Positions 56,493 through 64,000 of a DNA stretch of 64,000 bases are shown one piece after another. Position 1 is the stretch's first letter, and each line of letters opens with the position of its first letter. Below the pieces are notes generated by a model that was not told where the DNA came from, searched no databases, and saw only the letters and a program-made list of their open reading frames with translations. Made by a program: the position numbers and the translations under genes. Location: the IMG/VR virus record IMGVR_UViG_3300033070_001123; one strand, written 5' to 3'. This stretch comes from a virus (taxonomy: Duplodnaviria > Heunggongvirae > Uroviricota > Caudoviricetes).

Positions 56493-59400
56493 TTAGCCTC
56501 CGCCTCCATCATTTGTTCCTGAAGTAGTATCGTCGTTAGACACAGAAGATCCACCACCAATCGAACCTCCGCCTCCATTAGAGCCAAGAGATCCTGAGCC
56601 TCCAATAAGAGACTCTGGCAAGATACCGTCTGTGTTTAGCTCGCTACCAAAAGAACCGATGTTTGAAGACGTAGAGTTATCTGCGTCTCTTGCCCAATCC
56701 TTGTAAGAACCAAAGCTACCAAAAACAGCCTTGTTAACCAACTCGGTTGGATTCAAAAGGATAACCCTAAAGGCAGGAACAGTAAACGGCTGCTCGCTCG
56801 TTGTACCGTCAGCATTCGTTACCTGAACAACTCTTGCGCCCTCATAAATCTGGGACAAAAATCTCTCTATACCATACAAGGTTGAAACAACATTATCCTT
56901 TGAAAAGCCCGTAAGAGCGGTTATCTGACCGTCTGAATTTCTTTCAACCGCAAGCAATTTTGTTCTACTATCTTCAAACTTAGCCTTAGCCAAATCTGCT
57001 CCAACCTTATGAGCATTTCTGTCATTATATGATGGCAAAACAAGAGAGGCTATGGCAACTGCCGGCTTCTCCGAAACGCTCATCTTATTCATTCTCTTAC
57101 CGTCAATAAAAAGAGAAACAGCAGATATGTAGTTTGTGTCAGCCCAGCCGCCATACTTTGCCTTATACTTCTTGTATTGATTTGCAACAGTAATAACTGA
57201 ATTAAGCTTTTGCTTAACATCAAAGCACACAAACTTCCTGAGTCTATCTTGGCTCGTACTAAATCTATATCCTATGAACTGTTTTTCGCCATTTACATAA
57301 ACTGTTGGTATGACTTCGCTTTCGTTTTCCCAATGCAAAGACAACTTACCAGGCCTATCTGATATGAAAAGCTTATCCTCAGAACCAACAAAAAGCCTGT
57401 TGTCTATAACATCAAGAGATGTCGCTGGCAATATTTCGTCATTTACTCTAAGTTGAGAGAAAGCCTGCTCAAAAGTAACAGTAAGGTCTGTATAAATGTC
57501 GCTATCAGAAATAGTTGCCATTAAGCCAGAATCAGTTGTTATGTAAATTCTATTATTCCATATAACCATCTTCCTTGATATCGAAGCGTTTTCCATAACG
57601 CCAATACGCTCAAAGAACTGAGAACTAGGGGACTTCCTCCATAGCATGTAATCCGTTATCGCAAAGAGATAGCCATTCGAAGCAACAAGAGCGAATATTG
57701 GTCTCTGCTCTGTAAACTCATCGCTAAAAGTCCAAGCAACGCCGCTATTGTAAGTTTCGAAAATACCAAGTTCATTGCTAACAATGATTCTTGATCTATC
57801 TTCGTCTCTAAGCATGGCATACGCTTCAGTGCTTCTTGGGCCAAAAATAGGAGTCTGCTGGAAAAAGAATGAACCTTGTCCAATATCCCTTCTTAACTTA
57901 TATACGCCTAAATCGCTACTACAAAAAACATTTCCGTCTTCGTCTTCGCAAATGTCTCGAATAATCTTCGCATTTTCTGCGCCAGCAACTTCAGTCCAAA
58001 TACTAAAATCACCAGCCTGACCGCCTCGACCAAACAGAATGCCTCTATTTGTTGCCGCAAAATACGTCTGGTACTTCTCCGAGTAGAAGAACCTAAGAAC
58101 AGGAGTTATTGTTTCAAATCTTCTGTCCCAAGAAACACCAAAATTCTCGCTTGTATAAATACCATCACTCGTTCCTGCAATCAAAACATCAGAATCGCCA
58201 TGAGCCTGCATAATACAATAGAAAACAATTCCGTCTCCAAGGTCTTCTTCTCCATCAACAGGAGCATAGCGATAACCGTCGTCAATAGTTAGAGTGCTTA
58301 TTTGAACAGGCTCAAGTCTTTCCTTAATTCTTCCACCATGATTTATAGAAGGAATCTGAACCTTCTCAAAAACTCCAACACCAACCTGCTGAGCGCTAAC
58401 GCCGTTTATTCTACTCTTAGGAAGAATATTCTGAACTTCTTCAAGATTTGAAAACCTAACTTCAACAGTTGGAGGTTCAGAGAAAGGAAAGGTTTGTTCC
58501 GTTAACTCAAAACCTGTAGCAGCAAGACGAATCTCAAAAGTTAAAGACCCCTCAGCCTTGTTGAGAGAAAACAAAACGCCATAGCTTGACGCTTCTTCTC
58601 CATTTAGATAAACCGAATACACTGTTGTTTCTGAAATATCAGTTTCAGTAGTATGTGTTTGATTGTCCGAAGTCTGCCAGTCAGAAACGGTAATAATGTC
58701 GCTAAGGTTTATTCTTCTGTCGTTTTCTTCGTCTATATATTCATGCTTATGAAGTGCAAGTCTATTTATTGTTTCTGTTCTTACAGGATCTTCTAGCTTA
58801 GCAATATTTCTAACATTAGAAAGATCAAACTCCGAAACACCATTTTCGGTTATAACCTTGCCAAGCAGAATTGCATTACTAACTTGTATATTACTTTCTG
58901 TAACAAACAAATCAGCTTCGTTCCTAAACTTACGAACAATGTAATACGCTTTACCCGTTTTTGTTAGAGCATTGGCGTCAACATAATAAGTTACAGCAGG
59001 CAAAACTGTAGCTATAAGCTGGAAAGAAAACTTGTTACCTATAGATCTGTATATCTCATAACCGTCAAATTGCCCTGCTGTTGGCTGCCAAGTTAGTTGA
59101 ACATTTTGTCCATTCAAAGAATAAGATAAAGCCGCTGGAGGGTTCAATGTTGTTGAAGACGTTGGCCTCAAAGTTATAAGAGCATAATTGATATAACTAT
59201 CATCAATTGGGTTCAAAGATTCTTGACCAAACAAATCAACTGTTGTTACAAAGTAGATATAGGTTGTTTCGTTTTCGACCTCATAATCTGTATACGAAAA
59301 TGTTGTTGCAGAAACGGTCTCAATCAGAGAAAAATCACCAGGCTCAATCGAGACGGTATCGAGCGCTCTATAAACTCGATAGCCCGCAACCGCTTCAGTT

Positions 59401-61088
59401 GGTGCGGCGCTCCATTGAATTGTATTTTGCCTATCCGCAGCGAAACCTATCTGTTGTCTTGGAGGAGGTGGCTTAGGAAGATCAACAAAATCGGCAAAAT
59501 CAAACGAAATTATCCTTGTCTGGCTTTGATTACCAAACTCGTCAACGCAGTATATATCAAAACGATACCTGCTATTTGCTACTGCATAAGACGAACTTAA
59601 ACTGTAAATAGTAGAACGACCAACATTGAGTTGGTCAATCAAGACCGTATCGGTAAGAGTTCCTAAATCTGTTCTTGTTATAGAGAGAACGTTATAGCTA
59701 AATATTGACTGAGAATTCTCCCATCTCAAAATAAGCGTTCTATCAGGCTTATCCGTTACAGAAAGAGACTGAACGGCTTCTGGCGCTTGAAAAGTTCTAG
59801 TAAAGTGCCGAACTCTTTTGCCTAAGCTCTTAAGACCATCGGCGTCAACATTTCTAACTGTGATATAATACAGAGTTCTGGGTTCTATAGACTTGTAAAA
59901 TGTTTGACCATTATTCTTGTAAGGAAAAACCTCAACAGAGCGATATGGAACACCCGCAAGCGTTGGAATCCAATCCGAAGTTACAACTGTTCCGTCCGAT
60001 CTATACTCTTCTATCAATATTTCAGCAGCGCCGGTAAAGTTTAGATATGGATCGGTATAAGAAATCCAAGATATATTGATACCATTCATTGAAGCTCCTG
60101 AATCAGAAGCATAATCAACTATTTTAACCTGAACAACGTCAGGAGGGCCATCTATTTCAACAGGTAAACCAAGTCTTGTAACTCCTTCAGATTCGATATC
60201 CCAACGAGTAACCGTTTTCAAAACGATTAAATATCTTTGACCATTCTCAAGACCATCAATACTAATGTCTGCTTTAGAAGAATCAACCTCATATACAGAC
60301 TGATCTCCTGTTGGCATTCTTTCCTCATTTACAGGAGTCATGTAAACTCTGTATGCAAAAACATTTCCATAAGGAGCGGAATTCCATGAAATATGCAAAA
60401 CATTACTTGAGTTACCAATTCTGACATTACTTGGATTAGCAGGAACGCTCAAGTCCTTTTCGGTTATCACAAGAACAGCGGATGAAAGCGAACTTGCATT
60501 CCCGCTAAAATCATACGCTTTCACCTTGTAATAGTATATTGAGTTTTCTTCTAAATCCGTATCGCTAAACTCATTTGAGGACGTTTCTGAAATAAGAGAA
60601 TAAGAGATGTTATCTCTACTCCTATATATCTCATAAACATCAAAATCAACATCTGAACTAGCTGTCCAACTTATTGTTACGGAATCAATAGACTTTGTAA
60701 CAATATAAAGTCCTGATGGTTGAGCAGGAGGAGTTGAATCAACATAATCAATTGAAAGGAAATTAGAAAAGGCGCTAATCTGCCCAATTACGCCAGGCCT
60801 CATTCTCATCCATACATATACTGTACTATTATCAAGCAATGATTTCTTGTAGTCTCCAAACGTTCTAATAATGTATCTGTCAATCATTCCCCAACCGCTC
60901 GAAACATTCAGAGTCAAAGATGACGGAGTTGACAATTCCCAGCCTTCTATGACACCAGGGCCAATAAGGTCTGAAATAAAAGCCATATGCGAATCTATAC
61001 TCATAAACCTACGAGTATCTACAATTTCAGAGTAGATATCGCCAGTTATGAATGCTTCAAGTCCAAAATGTGGTGTTCTAACAGGCAT
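56493..61088 (-). CDS. Large FN3-repeat and beta-propeller virion protein
   Basis: DSTPPAQPSGL...ISW...YEIYRS...YYYKVKAYDFSGNAS repeats; TSENFGVSW and TYNSGVAW Asp-box-like motifs. Confidence 0.8.
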   Translation of the reverse strand: MPVRTPHFGLEAFITGDIYSEIVDTRRFMSIDSHMAFISDLIGPGVIEGWELSTPSSLTLNVSSGWGMIDRYIIRTFGDYKKSLLDNSTVYVWMRMRPGVIGQISAFSNFLSIDYVDSTPPAQPSGLYIVTKSIDSVTISWTASSDVDFDVYEIYRSRDNISYSLISETSSNEFSDTDLEENSIYYYKVKAYDFSGNASSLSSAVLVITEKDLSVPANPSNVRIGNSSNVLHISWNSAPYGNVFAYRVYMTPVNEERMPTGDQSVYEVDSSKADISIDGLENGQRYLIVLKTVTRWDIESEGVTRLGLPVEIDGPPDVVQVKIVDYASDSGASMNGINISWISYTDPYLNFTGAAEILIEEYRSDGTVVTSDWIPTLAGVPYRSVEVFPYKNNGQTFYKSIEPRTLYYITVRNVDADGLKSLGKRVRHFTRTFQAPEAVQSLSVTDKPDRTLILRWENSQSIFSYNVLSITRTDLGTLTDTVLIDQLNVGRSTIYSLSSSYAVANSRYRFDIYCVDEFGNQSQTRIISFDFADFVDLPKPPPPRQQIGFAADRQNTIQWSAAPTEAVAGYRVYRALDTVSIEPGDFSLIETVSATTFSYTDYEVENETTYIYFVTTVDLFGQESLNPIDDSYINYALITLRPTSSTTLNPPAALSYSLNGQNVQLTWQPTAGQFDGYEIYRSIGNKFSFQLIATVLPAVTYYVDANALTKTGKAYYIVRKFRNEADLFVTESNIQVSNAILLGKVITENGVSEFDLSNVRNIAKLEDPVRTETINRLALHKHEYIDEENDRRINLSDIITVSDWQTSDNQTHTTETDISETTVYSVYLNGEEASSYGVLFSLNKAEGSLTFEIRLAATGFELTEQTFPFSEPPTVEVRFSNLEEVQNILPKSRINGVSAQQVGVGVFEKVQIPSINHGGRIKERLEPVQISTLTIDDGYRYAPVDGEEDLGDGIVFYCIMQAHGDSDVLIAGTSDGIYTSENFGVSWDRRFETITPVLRFFYSEKYQTYFAATNRGILFGRGGQAGDFSIWTEVAGAENAKIIRDICEDEDGNVFCSSDLGVYKLRRDIGQGSFFFQQTPIFGPRSTEAYAMLRDEDRSRIIVSNELGIFETYNSGVAWTFSDEFTEQRPIFALVASNGYLFAITDYMLWRKSPSSQFFERIGVMENASISRKMVIWNNRIYITTDSGLMATISDSDIYTDLTVTFEQAFSQLRVNDEILPATSLDVIDNRLFVGSEDKLFISDRPGKLSLHWENESEVIPTVYVNGEKQFIGYRFSTSQDRLRKFVCFDVKQKLNSVITVANQYKKYKAKYGGWADTNYISAVSLFIDGKRMNKMSVSEKPAVAIASLVLPSYNDRNAHKVGADLAKAKFEDSRTKLLAVERNSDGQITALTGFSKDNVVSTLYGIERFLSQIYEGARVVQVTNADGTTSEQPFTVPAFRVILLNPTELVNKAVFGSFGSYKDWARDADNSTSSNIGSFGSELNTDGILPESLIGGSGSLGSNGGGGSIGGGSSVSNDDTTSGTNDGGGG

Positions 61089-64000
61089 TTAGATCTTAAC
61101 TCTCATGCTGACAAATTCATTGTTCTCAAGCTCAAACATAATCGAGAAATTCTTTACTACAGGAACATCGGAATACGAACCGCAATAGACCTGAGAAGTA
61201 GCGTCATTAGCTTTGAATGTAAACGAGTTACTGTTATTTTCAAATACTTCTCCATTGAAAACGTCTATAGACAAGTAATAAGTCTTAGCGGCATCAATAT
61301 TTGAAAGTAAAGGCGTATAGTTTATCGTCGCTGTTTGTCCAGGATTTAACATCTTACCAGAAACTGGCAAAGCGAATTCGTCTGCAAACCAATTAGCGAT
61401 ATCATTTCCGCTAAATGCTGTATGCTTAAGATCCGTTCTTTCAGGGTCATTGTAGAACCTTACTCTGAAATGATAAGTCTCAATGTTGGCTGTTGTGTTG
61501 GTGAAATCAAAGCTTATTGTGTCAACATAAGTTGTTCCGCATGACTGAGTAAATGAGTAGTTGTCATAAACCGTCAAGTTTTCAACCTCATTCGTCATTT
61601 CTACTTTGACATAGTAGTATGTATTGCATCGAAGAGGAGTATTTCCTATTGGAGTAAAAGACATTGCTGTAGTATTGTTTGGTGGAAGGACTACTCCGCC
61701 GGTTGGGAATATGTCTCCATCAGAACTAAATCCAACATAAGAATCGTTACTATCAGCATAGTAAACAAGATTCGTTAGCTCTGGGTCTTCGTAGAAGCTA
61801 ACCTTGAAATTACAAGTTCTTTCAAGATTATCCTCGTTCTTGAATGACCACTCGACAGCATTTAACAAAAGAGGCAACCCATACGGGCTATACTCTTCAG
61901 GAACAAGACCAGAAGCCTCAGCCTTTGTTGGAGTAATAAGTCTTACACCAACCCTAAGGCCACTACCAACTTGAGAATCATCAGTTGTAAAGATTCTATT
62001 CTCATCAACTATCTGATACTCTGCAAAATCAGTAGAGTTATTCGTATTGATACCAAAAACAACGTCAGCGGAAACGGGAAGCAACTTGGTCGAAGTTACT
62101 ATTCCGCTCTTAACTCTGCTTGGAAGCACAAAGTTCGTAGTAAAGAAGTGCGTCGAATCGCTAGAAATGCTCTTGATTATAACATTTCTCAAAGACGGAC
62201 TCAAACCTCTAACTCTACTCTTCATGACTACCTTGAATTGTATAAACTGACCAGTCAAGAATGATATATCAGAACTCTGATCTTTACCGTCAACAGAGAA
62301 TTCAAAAGCTTTATCAAGCAACTCGTCCTTTGTTGCGGCTGTCTTAACATAAACAGTAACACTTGTATTATCTGGTATGGTTGCGTCCCAGGATATCTTA
62401 TCCCAAGCAACAAGATTATTTGTTCCATTGAAGATTTCGCTGAAGTATTCTCCGCTCTCCTCTTCAACTATATCAGCCGAGTAGAACCTATCATTTCCTT
62501 CTCTTATTGCAACTGCATTTCCGAATTCGTCTATTTTGAGAACTCTGTTGCGATTAATAAACGATGCAAGATCGGATATGGAAATTTCGTCAAAGAGATT
62601 CTCATTAAGCGTTGATTGTGCATCGTCAGTGTAAAGGTTGGTTTCATTACCAGCCCTATCAATGAGCTTCAAATAAATCCTCTTGACATTTTCAGCCCTT
62701 CCAATCTTATAGATGTAAGAGTCAGAAACAAACCAAACCGCACTATCAAGACCGCCAATAACATCTCTAACTTGCTCATTATGAGTGTATTTTGCATTCC
62801 ATACATTATCTAATGCATAAACTGTATTACCTATAGCGGCATAAAGCTTATCAGAAATAGTTCTGATAGAATGAACTGCTGAAGGAACGGTCTTGAATGA
62901 ATGAACAAATGGAGAATCAGGAACCTTAGACCTCTTAATCTGTCCATTTGCTGACATTCCCGCAAATATGTATCCTTGTCCGTTTACAGTTGCCTTGCCA
63001 ATACTCAAGACATTTCTATCAGCATTAACGTCAACAATCTGTTGAGTACGATTCTTAGGATCAAGCTTGTATATACGACCCTCATATCCTGTTGCCGCAT
63101 AAAGCTCTCTATCAGATTCAACAAGGGAATATATAGCTCCGCTTATGTTTCTGAAAACTTCAGTTGTTGTTGTACCGTCAAAGGAATACAAAGCACCATA
63201 CCCACCGCCACCGCCGCCAAAGTAGAGAACCTCGTCAAAGACAACGGCGCAGTAAGCATGAGTATTGGAAGGAAGAGTTCGAAGCAAATCAAACTTCATA
63301 GTTGACGAGTTCATAACCCATAGCTTTCCAGAACCGTTAGGGCTACCTGTTCCAGCGTATATTCTACCCTGATACTCAATAAGGAACTCAACAGAAGCGC
63401 TTGGATTTGCAACGCCGCCAACAACATCCAAAGTATCTATGAGATCCCATGTTTGGTCAACACCGTTGTAACGATAGACATTGGCTGGCTCGGCTGTGCC
63501 TGCCATCATTGCTTGATTTCCGCCAATAGGTTGATAGCTTAGAAGCCTACGACCCTTGCCGCTTTCAAAAGTAAACTGCCTACTTACGCTATCAAATATC
63601 TCTCCAACGTTATGAAGCAAGAATCTTGTAAAGACAATAGGCTCTAACGGAGTTTCTCCGTCTGAAGTAAAGTTAGTGAAATTGGAAACAATCATCTTGT
63701 CAATACCCGAAACGTCGTCAAAAACTCCTTCTACGTCGTCCTCAAGAGGCGATACATTAACCTCAAAGATACTTCTTTCTCTTCTTGTTCCAAGAGTAAT
63801 CTTTCCTCTTGGTGGAGTTCTGTCAAGAATGATCTTATCAAACGGAAGATCGCTAACAGAGTCATTTATCTGAAGAGTGTTTATGTCTCCGCCGGTCGAG
63901 GCAAAGATGCTTCCATTCGCCGATACAAGCCTTTCGAGTCTTGTTGCCTTATTACCAAGAGCAATTTGCTGAGCTTTATTCTGAGCAAAAGTTCCAATCT
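61089..64000 (-). CDS. Large virion protein (Ig-like and beta-propeller); 5' end lies beyond the window
   Basis: The frame is open from 63998 into the tracked ORF: ...DRTPPRGKI...DDVSGIDKMIVSN...; propeller repeats IYAGTG, LYFGGG, LYAATG. Confidence 0.8.
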   Translation of the reverse strand, partial: IGTFAQNKAQQIALGNKATRLERLVSANGSIFASTGGDINTLQINDSVSDLPFDKIILDRTPPRGKITLGTRRERSIFEVNVSPLEDDVEGVFDDVSGIDKMIVSNFTNFTSDGETPLEPIVFTRFLLHNVGEIFDSVSRQFTFESGKGRRLLSYQPIGGNQAMMAGTAEPANVYRYNGVDQTWDLIDTLDVVGGVANPSASVEFLIEYQGRIYAGTGSPNGSGKLWVMNSSTMKFDLLRTLPSNTHAYCAVVFDEVLYFGGGGGGYGALYSFDGTTTTEVFRNISGAIYSLVESDRELYAATGYEGRIYKLDPKNRTQQIVDVNADRNVLSIGKATVNGQGYIFAGMSANGQIKRSKVPDSPFVHSFKTVPSAVHSIRTISDKLYAAIGNTVYALDNVWNAKYTHNEQVRDVIGGLDSAVWFVSDSYIYKIGRAENVKRIYLKLIDRAGNETNLYTDDAQSTLNENLFDEISISDLASFINRNRVLKIDEFGNAVAIREGNDRFYSADIVEEESGEYFSEIFNGTNNLVAWDKISWDATIPDNTSVTVYVKTAATKDELLDKAFEFSVDGKDQSSDISFLTGQFIQFKVVMKSRVRGLSPSLRNVIIKSISSDSTHFFTTNFVLPSRVKSGIVTSTKLLPVSADVVFGINTNNSTDFAEYQIVDENRIFTTDDSQVGSGLRVGVRLITPTKAEASGLVPEEYSPYGLPLLLNAVEWSFKNEDNLERTCNFKVSFYEDPELTNLVYYADSNDSYVGFSSDGDIFPTGGVVLPPNNTTAMSFTPIGNTPLRCNTYYYVKVEMTNEVENLTVYDNYSFTQSCGTTYVDTISFDFTNTTANIETYHFRVRFYNDPERTDLKHTAFSGNDIANWFADEFALPVSGKMLNPGQTATINYTPLLSNIDAAKTYYLSIDVFNGEVFENNSNSFTFKANDATSQVYCGSYSDVPVVKNFSIMFELENNEFVSMRVKI

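Noticed and set aside
61089-63695. ATG 63695 as the gene start
   Set aside because: The frame is open to the window edge, and the upstream sequence continues the same domain.
1536-63873. Numerous short plus-strand and nested ORFs in the six-frame track
   Set aside because: They lie antisense to or inside well-supported genes and have no recognisable motifs.
1-64000. tRNA, rRNA, group I/II introns, DGR or retron elements
   Set aside because: None could be recognised by eye; intergenic gaps are short and no reverse transcriptase motif was seen. A covariance-model search would be needed to exclude small RNAs.

Overview
This 64 kb window is part of a large (jumbo/huge) tailed-phage genome in genetic code 11; TAA, TAG and TGA are all used as stops. 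All convincing genes lie on the minus strand except two free-standing LAGLIDADG homing endonucleases. The right end (40.5-64 kb) encodes very large putative virion or adsorption proteins with FN3, LamG, Kelch, vWA, beta-propeller and GH56-like domains, followed by three glycosyltransferases. The rest is a replication, recombination and modification block: SF2 and UvrD helicases (each with a P-loop intein), DnaB, a DnaC-like loader, a split DnaG, a split DnaE without inteins, RecA, SSB, a Cas4-like nuclease, five DNA methyltransferases, IF3, SpoVS, a class II aaRS-like enzyme paired with a MazG-like protein, and NeuA-, Maf- and sulfotransferase-like enzymes. Three observations stand out. (1) A methyltransferase is broken exactly at its catalytic SPPY motif by an 8-nt codon-stop-same-codon gap, next to a homing endonuclease; this is a candidate miniature ribosomal-bypass cassette like T4 gene 60/mobA. 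(2) An extein-less, catalytically dead intein appears to have been domesticated. (3) Several signs point to phage-tuned translation initiation: a divergent IF3, an AUU start and apparently leaderless genes. All assignments come from motif recognition by eye; no database searches were run.
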